From Octopus bimaculoides (Eukaryota), in assembly GCF_001194135.2 (NCBI RefSeq), contig NC_068985.1, positions 113,063,443 through 113,127,309 of the forward strand: a stretch of DNA of 63,867 nt, given 5' to 3'. Numbering within the stretch: the stretch's first letter is position 1; the number at the start of each line of letters is the position of its first letter. The notes beneath the pieces were generated by a model that saw nothing but the letters and a program-made list of their open reading frames with translations, did not search any database and was not told where the DNA came from. Position numbers and translations under genes: made by a program. Below, in pieces: positions 11,881-24,510 of this stretch.

Positions 11881-11882
<2 letters not shown>

Positions 11883-12019
11883 CACTGAGAAGAAGAAGAA
11901 GAAGAAGAAGAAGAAGAAGAAGAAGAAGAAGAAGAAGAAGAAGAAGAAGAAGAAGAAGAAGAAGAAGAAGAAGAAGAAGAAGAAGAAGATGATGATGAGG
12001 ATGATGATGATGATGATTG

Positions 12020-12265
12020 GAATAGAATTCCTGTAGTGATTATACAGAAAGTTTGCCTGTTACGGACAGGAAATATTAACAGGAAGGCTCTAAGCACTTG
12101 AAAGACTATTGAAAGTTAGTGGATACCCAAGGTTTCAGGTAATAATTCGCTACTCACACAAATACTGCCAGGAATAGGACCAATAAGACCAAACCTGAGT
12201 TAAATCAATAATGATGATAATAATAATGATGATGATGATGATGATGACGATGATGATGATGATGA
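12020..12265 (+). mobile_element. R4/Dong-like 3' end with (TAA/TGA)n tail
   Basis: IPVVIIQKVCLLRTGNINRKALST* with the stop at 12099-12101. The UTR end aataagaccaaacctgagt..caataat recurs at 26905-26965. Confidence 0.55.
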
Positions 12266-12559
12266 ATAAGCAGACGTGCTTCCAAACCTAACCCAGGCCA
12301 TAAAGACTTACACACCCTACTGTAAGTGTAGACATTTAGGTTAGAGAAAAGAAAGTGAAGACGCTATTTACCTTGATCCACGAAAATGCCCGTTGAAATA
12401 GCCTTCTTTTTTGGCTGGGGTGAAGTGGGAAAAACTGTAGTAAGGTTTTTTTGTGGGTATTTACTAAACACTCAAGTACCCTGGTGATGTTTTCTTTTCG
12501 GGTAAGGCAACACAACAATCAGAATCTATCTGTATAAGTAATCTGTCCGATGGTGTTTT

Positions 12560-13330
12560 CAGGAGATCGGTGGAGACCTCCACTTGTCAGAATGTTTTGG
12601 GGGTTAATTACTCCCTCAGTCAATACAATGTTGCTCTTTTGAACAACAATGAAGCTGATAAAAGAAGGATGTACGAGAGTGCATGACTGTTGATCATATT
12701 GTTTTTTGAGTGTTTGTTTTTATTTTCATAATATCTGAAGAATTCGTGGTTGCGAATGTGCTCGTAACAGTTGGCTTCATAGTGTTTGATGGTGATGATA
12801 TTCTTGATGTGTGATTTTGAGAAGTGTTTTCTATTTTACTGGCGTGACTCATCGCCTTCAATTTGGAGGCGACTCTTCCTTTTATTCCTGGTCCCAGATA
12901 AAGGCATTTGAGGGCAATTTCATTAGACCTTCATTTGTTGGTTCCTTTGATTTCGTGAGGCCTGAGTCAGAGGAACGAGGCGCGTGTGTGTGTTTGTTTT
13001 AGTGTTTTCACTCTCTATATCAGGAGAGGCCTCTTTTGGTAGAATTACTAGTAACGGTGAAGCGTCTTGCTTTCTCCACCGCATGGCAGAAAACTTTGAG
13101 ATGGTTTAAGTTTCCATTCACAAATCATTTAGGTTTTCTGCCGCCTGTTAACACCAGCTCTGTTCCATTTCTCTGAAACAGAACCCCCCACCCCGGAATG
13201 CGAGTGACTTACTCTGGGACAACTAGTATCAGGAATTGTATAAGGACGCCAGTCCTGTACAGTTGGAGGATATAAATTTTACTTCCACATTCTTCATATG
13301 CTCTTCCAGTTTGGCTAAAACCCTTGCCGG
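12560..13330 (-). mobile_element. Probable decayed non-LTR retrotransposon ORF1 (L1/Tx1-like, gag zinc knuckle)
   Basis: 13086-13127 minus strand reads *FVNGNLNHLKVFC, a degenerate CX2CX4HX4C, preceded by ELVLTGGRKPK. Many stops. Confidence 0.35.
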
Positions 13331-13701
13331 ATCTCAATGAGCCGGCAAGTTCTTGACTCAAATTCGGGTCAACCCCCTGCCCTTTTATTGAGGAATCATC
13401 ATAAGGATCTGAAAAGTGCACATTATTGTTGTCATTCTTCAAACTTCTTGCTCGCAGATACATATGGCAGTTAGCGCCCCTTACTATCTTTATATATGCG
13501 TAGTAGCAGTCGTGGCACACGTAGTTATCACTATGGTGTTGGTGGTGGTGTTGGTGGTGGTGTTCTTGGTAGTGATGGTGGTGGTGATGGTGGTGGTGGT
13601 GGCGGCGGCGGCAGTCGTGGAAGCCGTTGTCAGTGCAGTGGTTGATTACATGTGAAAAATATCAATCAAAATTGTTCTCTCTTTGAATTTCAGAATTTCA
13701 G

Positions 13702-13835
13702 AATATAATGCTGACGACGACGACAACGCCGATGACGACGTCGATGATGATGATGATGATGATGACAACGACGACAGCACTGACGATGATGATGATGATG
13801 TTGAGTCCAAGAATGCGATAAATGAAATGGATTAA
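13702..13835 (+). CDS. Speculative acidic terminal exon (may be only a GAY microsatellite)
   Basis: A tttcag acceptor at 13701 is followed by an open frame (E)YNADDDDNADDDVDDDDDDDNDDSTDDDDDDVESKNAINEMD*. No partner exon was found. Confidence 0.15.
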
Positions 13836-13926
13836 TTCAATTTTTTTTTCAATTTACAACTTTTTTCTTTGCATTTTTTCTTTAACAAGTTTCATTTACA
13901 GCACCGTCTTTCTCATTTTCTCTCTC

Positions 13927-13928
<2 letters not shown>

Positions 13929-14002
<74 letters not shown>
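13929..14002 (+). repeat. (CT)n microsatellite
   Basis: Direct reading. Confidence 0.95.
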
Positions 14003-14005
<3 letters not shown>

Positions 14006-14485
14006 CGTCTTTCTATCTATTGTTCGTATTCCTTGCTTGTGTACAAATCATAATATTCTCTTTTCTAACCACTGCAGGAATACACAGGATGTTTGACATA
14101 GATATTCGTGATAACAAGACTTGTTCAAATTTGTTCCGTTCAAGTAATAATATAATTTACTCGTTCAGCAAGTCTAAATCAAAGACCTTGACGTATTTTC
14201 ACTATCATGAAGGACATCATTTCAAGCACACATTTTCAGACTGGAATCTATTCATTTGGAATCACTGAAGTATCTTTGTGTAAAACAAATAAATACAATG
14301 GCCGCCATGCAATGTTTGTCATGTGATAGCTTCATTTCACATCAGCCTGTCTGACAGCATCGATTAACCTGTTTTCTCTTACGACTGTTCATTTCACTTG
14401 GCGTACTTAATTTTTTTCAAACTTCTGTTCTGCCGTGAAGTTTTCGATATTCACGTGGAATTTTACACATTTATCAGAGCACTAT

Positions 14486-14716
14486 AGAGCGACGAACTGG
14501 CAGAATCGTTAGCACGCTAGACGAAATACTTAGCGGCATTTCGCCCGACGCTACGTTCTGAGTTCAAATTCCACCGAGGTCGACTTTGCCTTTTAACCTT
14601 TCGGTGTCGATAAATTAAATACCAATTGAGTACTGGGGTCGATGTAATTGACTATCCCCCTCCGCCAAATTTCTGGCTTAATGCCTATAGCAGAAAGGAT
14701 TCTTCTTCTTCTTCTT

Positions 14717-14747
<31 letters not shown>

Positions 14748-14783
14748 TTATTATTATTATTATTATTATCATTATTATTATTA

Positions 14784-14835
<52 letters not shown>

Positions 14836-14905
14836 GGCGGCGGCGATATGGCAGAATCGTTAGCACGCCGAGCAAAATGCTTAGTGGCATTTCGTCCATC
14901 TTTAC
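14486..14905 (+). mobile_element. Two SINE family A copies separated by (TTC)n(TTA)n
   Basis: Heads at 14486 and 14834 (ggcagaatcgttagcacg), with a full central domain in the first. Confidence 0.85.
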
Positions 14906-14975
14906 TTTCTATTGCATTGTAGCTGTATGTTTGTTTGTATGTATGTATTGTATTGTATGCATGCATGTATGTGTG

Positions 14976-15032
<57 letters not shown>

Positions 15033-15036
15033 TGTG

Positions 15037-15067
<31 letters not shown>

Positions 15068-15082
15068 AGTGAGAAACAGAGG

Positions 15083-15122
<40 letters not shown>

Positions 15123-15637
15123 AAGAAAGAGAGTATGAGTGAGACAGAGTGAGAGCGAGAGAGTTCGTCTCCCATCAAAGAATCATAAGCGAACGCAATA
15201 AGAACAAATTAACTGCAAAAGATGAAAGCACATCTTACAGAGGACTTTGCGGTAAAATATTTCCATTCGCATTCAGGTATTTGTGTCGCTAAGAAACGGT
15301 AACCTTTCTGGTTGGATGGCATTAAAGTTTTACACGTTAGGCTTAATGAATTGCTTTCTAAAATGCTGAAAGCAAGCGCCTGTGAGACATACCTTCATTA
15401 GCAGGTTCCGATATTTCTTATGGTTTAGTTTTGAATATATTAAGCTATATGCAAGTTTCGCATCATTATGATACACTGCTTTGCATAATATATATATGTC
15501 TCTCTGTATGTGCATATATTTATATATATCTATATATATATCTATTTATCTAGCTAGCTATGTATGTACGTACGTACATACGTAAGTATGTATGTATGTG
15601 TGTATGTATGCATGTATGTATGTATCTGTCAATTTCC

Positions 15638-15764
<127 letters not shown>

Positions 15765-16570
15765 ACTATCTATCTATCTGNNNNNNNNNNNNNNNNNNNN
15801 NNNNNNNNNNNNNNNNNNNNNNNNNNNNNNNNNNNNNNNNNNNNNNNNNNNNNNNNNNNNNNNNNNNNNNNNNNNNNNNNNNNNNNNNNNNNNNNNNNNN
15901 NNNNNNNNNNNNNNNNNNNNNNNNNNNNNNNNNNNNNNNNNNNNNNNNNNNNNNNNNNNNNNNNNNNNNNNNNNNNNNNNNNNNNNNNNNNNNNNNNNNN
16001 NNNNNNNNNNNNNNNNNNNNNNNNNNNNNNNNNNNNNNNNNNNNNNNNNNNNNNNNNNNNNNNNNNNNNNNNNNNNNNNNNNNNNNNNNNNNNNNNNNNN
16101 NNNNNNNNNNNNNNNNNNNNNNNNNNNNNNNNNNNNNNNNNNNNNNNNNNNNNNNNNNNNNNNNNNNNNNNNNNNNNNNNNNNNNNNNNNNNNNNNNNNN
16201 NNNNNNNNNNNNNNNNNNNNNNNNNNNNNNNNNNNNNNNNNNNNNNNNNNNNNNNNNNNNNNNNNNNNNNNNNNNNNNNNNNNNNNNNNNNNNNNNNNNN
16301 NNNNNNNNNNNNNNNNNNNNNNNNNNNNNNNNNNNNNNNNNNNNNNNNNNNNNNNNNNNNNNNNNNNNNNNNNNNNNNNNNNNNNNNNNNNNNNNNNNNN
16401 NNNNNNNNNNNNNNNNNNNNNNNNNNNNNNNNNNNNNNNNNNNNNNNNNNNNNNNNNNNNNNNNNNNNNNNNNNNNNNNNNNNNNNNNNNNNNNNNNNNN
16501 NNNNNNNNNNNNNNNNNNNNNNCGTGTGTGTGCAAGTTCGAAGTCCACTTGTAACACACACACGCACATA

Positions 16571-16614
<44 letters not shown>

Positions 16615-16823
16615 CAAACAAACACACATACATACACATACATACACACGCACAAGTTTGACTGTGTTTTCATGGGAAGTTAGTAACATATTTCATATAG
16701 AGAGGCAGCAGCAACTTCATATGAAATGCATATCATGTGATGAGGAAAAGACAACATTAGTTAATTAACTAATATTTCGATTACTTCGGTAATAGCTGTA
16801 GCCATGTATATTTTAAACGTTTT

Positions 16824-16859
<36 letters not shown>

Positions 16860-17164
16860 TTTTTTTGTTTTTTCTTTCTTGAGTCACAGGATTCATTAGG
16901 AAGTTTGCGTACTTTACGTGGAATTTAAATGACTGAGCTCACCACATTCTCTCAAATTATAACGCCGCGAGACCAGCAGTTTTGAGGTGAGTGGACAAGT
17001 CAATTACATCGACATTACTAATTGACTGTTATTCCATTATATCGATGCCGAAAGAGCTCGGCGGGATTTAAGAATCTGAAAGCGCCAGAAAAAATGACGA
17101 TAAGCGTTTTGTGTGCCAATGCCTCTATCGCCTTCTTATTTCATATATCTTATTATTAGCTGAC

Positions 17165-17416
17165 CCCGTACTCTTTTACTCGCTTTTACTTGTTTCAGCC
17201 ATTTGACTACGGGCATGCTGGAGCACCGCCTTTAGTCGAGCAAATTGATCCCAGGACTTATTCTTTTAAGCCTAGTACTTATTCTATTGCCGAACCGCTA
17301 AGTTACGGGGACGTAAACACACCAGCATTGGTTGTCAATTTATGCTGGGGGGGGGGGACAAAGACAGATACACAAACACACAAGCACATATATATATACA
17401 CAATTACATATATACG
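17165..17416 (-). mobile_element. SINE family B, 3' half; the internal microsatellite runs into a gap
   Basis: tacttgtttcagccatttgactacgggcatgctggagcaccgcctttagtcgagc..gccgaaccgctaagttacgggg. Confidence 0.88.
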
Positions 17417-18274
17417 NNNNNNNNNNNNNNNNNNNNNNNNNNNNNNNNNNNNNNNNNNNNNNNNNNNNNNNNNNNNNNNNNNNNNNNNNNNNNNNNNNNN
17501 NNNNNNNNNNNNNNNNNNNNNNNNNNNNNNNNNNNNNNNNNNNNNNNNNNNNNNNNNNNNNNNNNNNNNNNNNNNNNNNNNNNNNNNNNNNNNNNNNNNN
17601 NNNNNNNNNNNNNNNNNNNNNNNNNNNNNNNNNNNNNNNNNNNNNNNNNNNNNNNNNNNNNNNNNNNNNNNNNNNNNNNNNNNNNNNNNNNNNNNNNNNN
17701 NNNNNNNNNNNNNNNNNNNNNNNNNNNNNNNNNNNNNNNNNNNNNNNNNNNNNNNNNNNNNNNNNNNNNNNNNNNNNNNNNNNNNNNNNNNNNNNNNNNN
17801 NNNNNNNNNNNNNNNNNNNNNNNNNNNNNNNNNNNNNNNNNNNNNNNNNNNNNNNNNNNNNNNNNNNNNNNNNNNNNNNNNNNNNNNNNNNNNNNNNNNN
17901 NNNNNNNNNNNNNNNNNNNNNNNNNNNNNNNNNNNNNNNNNNNNNNNNNNNNNNNNNNNNNNNNNNNNNNNNNNNNNNNNNNNNNNNNNNNNNNNNNNNN
18001 NNNNNNNNNNNNNNNNNNNNNNNNNNNNNNNNNNNNNNNNNNNNNNNNNNNNNNNNNNNNNNNNNNNNNNNNNNNNNNNNNNNNNNNNNNNNNNNNNNNN
18101 NNNNNNNNNNNNNNNNNNNNNNNNNNNNNNNNNNNNNNNNNNNNNNNNNNNNNNNNNNNNNNNNNNNNNNNNNNNNNNNNNNNNNNNNNNNNNNNNNNNN
18201 NNNNNNNNNNNNNNNNNNNNNNNNNNNNNNNNNNNNNNNNNNNNNNNNNNNNNNNNNNNNNNNNNNNNNNNNNN

Positions 18275-18335
<61 letters not shown>

Positions 18336-18804
18336 CATATATACACACATACATATACAAATTTATAAAAGCACTGCGCTCATTACTGTATTAGGAGATT
18401 CTAAATCTGAAACCTCATGTTACCATACATCAGACATGGACAGCAATTCTCGAGAAGCGGACTGCATGAGAAGTAGCTAATCATCAGACAGGCAGCACAA
18501 TAAAAAAAAAATTTTCAGCGTAATATCTCGTTAGAAGTACCAGTTACAGTCTAGAAGTATTTGGTCATGATAGCAGGAAATATTAGTCTTGTGGGCAGCA
18601 GTTTAGCTATAACTGTCTTAAATATTCTAATTTCTGATAGGCAACAGCTCGTATATCATCATTAAAGACGTCAATTATAATTATTTTGTCATTGTGTCAC
18701 TCGTACTTGATTTCGGAGGTATCTGGGTGCAAAGATAACTTTGTAGTTAAGAAAATTATGTGGTGGATTGGGGATAACAAGCACAAAGATACACACAATT
18801 TGAT

Positions 18805-18855
<51 letters not shown>

Positions 18856-18858
18856 CAC

Positions 18859-18889
<31 letters not shown>

Positions 18890-19010
18890 CATGTCTTTAT
18901 ACATGCATATACAAACACAGACACACACATACATGCGTAGAAACATATATATGTGAGTGTGTCTGTGTCTGTATGTATGTATATATACATTATAGGTTTT
19001 CAAAGCTATA

Positions 19011-20065
19011 ATGGAAGTGACAAAGAAGCATATTCGGCATATTTTGCAACGGAACGGAACGGAATGTGCGAGAAATATTAAGGCAGTATATGTGGAGCGG
19101 ACAATAAGCGTAAGCCAGTGTCAACGGTAGTTCTAGAAATTCCGAGCCGGAAACTACAGCCTAGAAGACGAGCCTTATTCTGGAAGATCTGTAGAGCAAA
19201 CCCTGGTGGAACAAAATCCCATCATAACAGTTAAGGAACTAGCAGAGAAGCTTGAATTTGGTCATTCAACCATTCATCGACACTTGCGTGCCATTGGAAA
19301 AATCAGCAAATTGGGTCAATGAGTTCCTCACAAACTTTCTGAGTCTAACCACGCGCAGAGGGTGAATGTGTGCTCTTCTTTGTTGTCACGTTTCACGAAT
19401 GAACCATTTTTGGACCGAAAAGTGACTGGTGACGAGAAATAGGTTCTCTATAAAAATGTCAAGCACCGAAGAGAGTTGGAAGGGAAAGGAGTAACACCAG
19501 CTCCCCAGGCTAAAATAAGGTCTTCACCCACGTAAGATGTTGTTATCTGTTTGGTGGGATATGAAAGGTTTAGTCCACTTTGAACTTTTAAACCCAAATC
19601 AAACGATTACAAAGGATATCTACTGCGAGCAATTTGAGCGGCTTAAATGAGCGCTAGAAGAAAAATGACCATCTTTGGTTTGAAGACGAAAGGATAATGC
19701 TCGGTCACATACAGCGCGAGTATGACATTCTAAAGCCTGGGGCAGTTTGAATGGGAAACGATGCCCCACCCACCATATTTGCCGGACATTACCCCATCTG
19801 ATTATCATTTATTCCGCTGTCTTCAAAATCATTTGACAGAAAATATGAATATCGTAGATGAGGTCAGAGCAATACTGGAAGAGTACCTTTCGTCACGGAC
19901 GAGTGAATTTTTGAAGAGAGGTCTTTACAAGTCTACCAGATAGATGGAAGAGCTTTGTAGAAAGTGAAAGAGAGTATATTTTAGATTTAAAAAGAACTTT
20001 GTTTATTTTAATTTTAAAAAACAAAAGAAGTATAAAAACCGCTTTATTTATAGGATGACCCAATA
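19011..20065 (+). mobile_element. Mariner (D,D34D) transposase pseudogene with right TIR; left TIR missing
   Basis: ATG at 19011, then MEVTKKHIRH..KFRAGNYSLEDEP.SGR..KLGQ*VPHKLS (WVPHEL), VTGDEK*, DNARSH, PHPPYLPDITPSDYHLFRCLQNHL, with several stops and frameshifts. The right end reads ggatgacccaaTA. Confidence 0.93.
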
Positions 20066-20145
20066 TAAATATATATATACATATATATACACACATATAT
20101 ATATGTACATACATACATAGGTACATACATAGGTACATACATACA

Positions 20146-20226
20146 ATTAAAAAAGACCGTGCTTATTTTAATTTTTAAAAACAAAAGAAGTATAAAAACC
20201 GCATTATTTATGGGATGACCCAATGT
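20146..20226 (+). repeat. Second direct copy of the mariner right terminus
   Basis: ttattttaatttttaaaaacaaaagaagtataaaaaccgcattatttatgggatgacccaa repeats 20003-20063. Confidence 0.85.
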
Positions 20227-20249
20227 ATATATATATATATATATACGTT

Positions 20250-20340
20250 TTGGTTGCAATGTCCTGTACCCAGATATGCACCTATACATACAGGTGGATG
20301 TCGGTACGCACATACCTGTACGTATATATGCATATACTCA
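20250..20340 (-). repeat. Dispersed repeat fragment (inverted copy of 48290-48378)
   Basis: ttgcaatgtcctgtacccagata..acctgtacgtatatatgcatatactca is the reverse complement of 48290-48378. Confidence 0.8.
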
Positions 20341-20394
20341 TTTACTATTTGTTTTTATATATATATACATACATACATACATACATACATCCGA

Positions 20395-20545
20395 CGGGTA
20401 TCTTTCTGTTTTTTTCTGTGTACCAAATCCACTCACAAGGCACTGGCTGAAACGGGGCTATAATAGAAGCCACTAACTACTTGCCTTGATCAAGTTGTCG
20501 CACAGTGCGACTGAACCCAAATCTAGGTGGAATCAAAGCGAATTT
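20395..20545 (-). mobile_element. SINE family B, 5' half
   Basis: taccaaatccactcacaaggc..ctataatagaag..actgaaccc..accacacatcc. Confidence 0.75.
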
Positions 20546-20624
20546 CTTAACCACACATCCATGTCTACATTGAAAAAAAAAAAGAAAAGAAAGAGCGAAA
20601 GCTTTCAGTGGTATCGGTACGAAA

Positions 20625-20677
<53 letters not shown>

Positions 20678-21856
20678 ATAATAATAAAAAGAGAGAAACA
20701 AGCTATATTTTTGTGTCTTTAATACAGCGATTTCACATCAAAACCTTCGTTGTAAAAACAGAAATATGTTTTGCTTACATCGAAACATAAAAGTAACAGT
20801 TGGTGTTGCTCACAGTTAATGCGTCATAATGCTGACTGAAGGAATTCGCCAACCAATAATCGATAATGCTTAAATGTAAGGATTTGATAGGAATTAGCCA
20901 ACAATCGTTTTTTTTATATTTTTTATTATTTTTTACTATTTATTTTTTTTTATGTAGTCGTTTAATCATTTACGTCAATTGATGTGTTTATAAAACATTG
21001 TTGTTGTTTTTTTCTTTTTTGCTTTGTTTTGCGTTTTGTCGAACTTAACGATGGCTGTGTCCATAAGATGTTTCCGTTAAGTCGTTGGATGACACAGTAT
21101 GCGAGTCATTTATACTTAATTACTAATGCTACTTGTGTGACTTTTTAACTTCAAACTACGGTAAATTAATCAAATTAAAAGTATGTCGATCGAGAGAGGG
21201 AGAGAGAGAGAGAGAGAAAAATGGCAGAGAAAACAAAACAAGAAAGAAACACAAAATGGAGGCTATGACATTATATTAGTGCAATGAACCGCGTTCTTTA
21301 TCTACGTTGATCTAATTTGCTTCTGAACAATTTATCACTTATTTATAAATATACTGAAGGACATTCAAAACTTCTATAAATATTCACACTGTCTCCAGTT
21401 CTTATTGTCAACAATATACATTGTCAAAATGTTTGCTGAGTTGATTGTTCGGAATGTGTTCGTTTCTCTTATTTATATTTCAACGATAATCACAAGCTTT
21501 TCGCTTTTGTCACACGATTTAAAACCCTTTAATTCACCCAATTTCCTCTCTTGAAAGACCTATTATTATTATTACTGTTACTACTGTTACTGCTACTACA
21601 ACTACCACCTACCACTTGATAAGTTATTGCTACCGAATCATTTATTTGTTGAAAGAAATATGAGCAGCGTTAAATGTATTCTGGAATCAAACATTCTTCT
21701 TAGACATTATCCTACAACACTAATCATAGCTATCAATTGATTTTCACAGCACGTTTTACCTAAGTGTCAGCGCTTACACACCCGCACACACACGCACACA
21801 TACACACACACGCACACACACACACACACGCACACACATACGCACGCACACACGTG

Positions 21857-21888
<32 letters not shown>

Positions 21889-22450
21889 CATTCACTCACA
21901 CAAACTCATATATAGTCAATATGTCTATTTGTAGTCTGTGTGTTTGTGCCTGTGTATGTATGCATATGTACATGCATGCGCGCGCGCGCGTGCGTGTGTG
22001 TGTGAAATTTATGGATGCATGTATGTATATGTGTCTGTATGTTTAATTTGTTAGTTATTCTTCAGTTGACAGATTTCGGACAGTTCTCTTTAAATAGAAG
22101 GATGCATGCAGAATCATTTGGGTCTTTTATTGAACTAACCTCCTTCTCTTGAAGGATTTGTACAAATTTGGCGATGTCGATAATGAAGAGCATTGTTTAA
22201 ATATTAAAGCTAATGATTTATTACATTGGAGCTAGGCCACAAGTTAGTAGAACTGGTTTATAAGCGACTGAATGAGCTCGGTTTACTAGAGATGCCATTT
22301 TATAATTATAGAGTTTGATGGAAGGCAGATTTGACCTCGCCCATGGTAACAACGTAAACTCTGAATTTTATAAGATTCAAACTAAATACTGTAAAATATT
22401 TGATTTCATCTCCTTGAAGGTAAACAATAATAACATTCTATAACAAAATT

Positions 22451-22830
22451 TGGAGGCGCAATGGCCCAGTGGTTAGGGCAGTGGACTTGCGGTCATAGGA
22501 TCGCGGTTTCGATTCCCAGACCGGGCGTTGTGAGTGTTTATTGAGCGAAAACACCTAAAGCTCCACGAGGCTCCGGCAGGGGATGGTGGCGAACCCTGCT
22601 GTACTCTTCCAACACAACTTTCTCTCACTCTTACTTCCTGTTTCTGTTGTGCCTGTAATCCAAAGGGTCGGCCTTGTCACACTGTGTCACGCTGAATATC
22701 CCTGAGAACTACGTTAAGGGTACACGTGTCTGTGGAGTGCTCAGCAACTTGCACGTTAATCTCACGAGCAGGTTGTTCCGTTGATCAGATCAACTGGAAC
22801 CCTCGACGTCGTAAGCGACGGAGTGCCAAC
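22451..22830 (+). mobile_element. tRNA-derived SINE family D, full length
   Basis: A box tggcccagtggttag and B box ggtttcgattccc. There is no tRNA 3' acceptor; the sequence continues into a body whose tail (cttgcacgttaat..caactggaaccctcg..gacggagtgccaac) is shared with 30603-30930. Confidence 0.88.
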
Positions 22831-23019
22831 TTAGCAAAATTTATTTTATTTTTATTCTCTGTCTTTGGATAGCAAGTGTTATTTCCTATTTGCTTCTGAC
22901 GAGAAATCATAGGAAATGACTATTATTCCCTTCAAATTTTGGTTTTATAACATGGACATCTATGGTTTGAAACTGACCTATTTTCCATTACATTTCAGAC
23001 AAATTCAGCACTGGGTTGC

Positions 23020-23215
23020 TTAACCGATAAATATCGTTATAGCAAATATTCCGCTCAATGCCACAGATGAGCTTGTCAGCTGCTTGACTTTAACCACATG
23101 AGCATGTCCCTTAGTAGCTGACAATATGTGCATCTCTGATCCTGAACAGGAGTAGTGAGGGAGCATCATAGCCATGTGTTAAGAGAGATTCTTTAGGGTT
23201 TGAATAAACATAGCA
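23020..23215 (-). repeat. Family E fragment
   Basis: Reverse complement of 6620-6790. Confidence 0.7.
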
Positions 23216-23377
23216 AAAGCAAAGTTTGAAGGAAATATTAGTCATTTTTCATACGTTCTAGGAGTAAACAAAGAGACAATATCAGTTGCTACACAAGGAC
23301 AAAAACCTTGTTAATCAGTGTAATCAGTGGTATTTCGAATCTTAATTACAGCAGTGCCCCAACAGTCGTAGTAGTAA

Positions 23378-23437
<60 letters not shown>

Positions 23438-23451
23438 CAGCAGCAGCTGCA

Positions 23452-23497
<46 letters not shown>

Positions 23498-24199
23498 TAG
23501 TAGTAGNNNNNNNNNNNNNNNNNNNNNNNNNNNNNNNNNNNNNNNNNNNNNNNNNNNNNNNNNNNNNNNNNNNNNNNNNNNNNNNNNNNNNNNNNNNNNN
23601 NNNNNNNNNNNNNNNNNNNNNNNNNNNNNNNNNNNNNNNNNNNNNNNNNNNNNNNNNNNNNNNNNNNNNNNNNNNNNNNNNNNNNNNNNNNNNNNNNNNN
23701 NNNNNNNNNNNNNNNNNNNNNNNNNNNNNNNNNNNNNNNNNNNNNNNNNNNNNNNNNNNNNNNNNNNNNNNNNNNNNNNNNNNNNNNNNNNNNNNNNNNN
23801 NNNNNNNNNNNNNNNNNNNNNNNNNNNNNNNNNNNNNNNNNNNNNNNNNNNNNNNNNNNNNNNNNNNNNNNNNNNNNNNNNNNNNNNNNNNNNNNNNNNN
23901 NNNNNNNNNNNNNNNNNNNNNNNNNNNNNNNNNNNNNNNNNNNNNNNNNNNNNNNNNNNNNNNNNNNNNNNNNNNNNNNNNNNNNNNNNNNNNNNNNNNN
24001 NNNNNNNNNNNNNNNNNNNNNNNNNNNNNNNNNNNNNNNNNNNNNNNNNNNNNNNNNNNNNNNNNNNNNNNNNNNATTCTAAAAATGATGAAATTAAAAA
24101 TCAAGCACACAAATGATATCTATTTCGAATAACTGTTTTTCGAATAATTGTTTTCGAACATTTTTCATGATACATGTACGTCGGCCCGTTGCATGCTTT

Positions 24200-24510
24200 A
24201 AGTACAGTAATTTTTAGGGAAGGGGACAACTCGATTACATCGACTCCAGTACTTAATTTGTACTTTGTTATCGATTACTGAAAATATGAAGGGCAAAGCT
24301 GACTTCGATGGAATTTGAACTCTGAACGTAAAGAGTCAGAAGAAAACCTGCTAAGCACTTTGCCTGACGTTCTAACGATTCTAGCAACTCGTCACTTTAA
24401 TGAACCTTACAATATTTAGTCTTGAATCTGTACCTTTGAAGTTCAAATCATGTCTGCCTTTTGTCCTCTTGGGGTAAATAAAATAAGTACCAAATATGTA
24501 CTTAAGTCGA
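24200..24510. mobile_element. Decayed SINE family A copies (minus, then a plus fragment)
   Basis: cgattacatcgactccagt..ggaatttgaactctgaacgtaaagag..ctaacgattct; gccttttgtcctcttggggtaaataaaataagtacc. Confidence 0.75.

Noticed and set aside
14078-14268. Good acceptor (ttttctaaccactgcag) followed by a 63-codon open frame
   Set aside because: The peptide is unrecognisable and there is no supporting neighbour exon. It cannot be distinguished from chance without RNA data.
22451-22530. tRNA gene
   Set aside because: A and B boxes are present but there is no 3' acceptor strand or T-run terminator. It continues into a SINE body. The same applies to 30107, 30603, 34366 and 50884.
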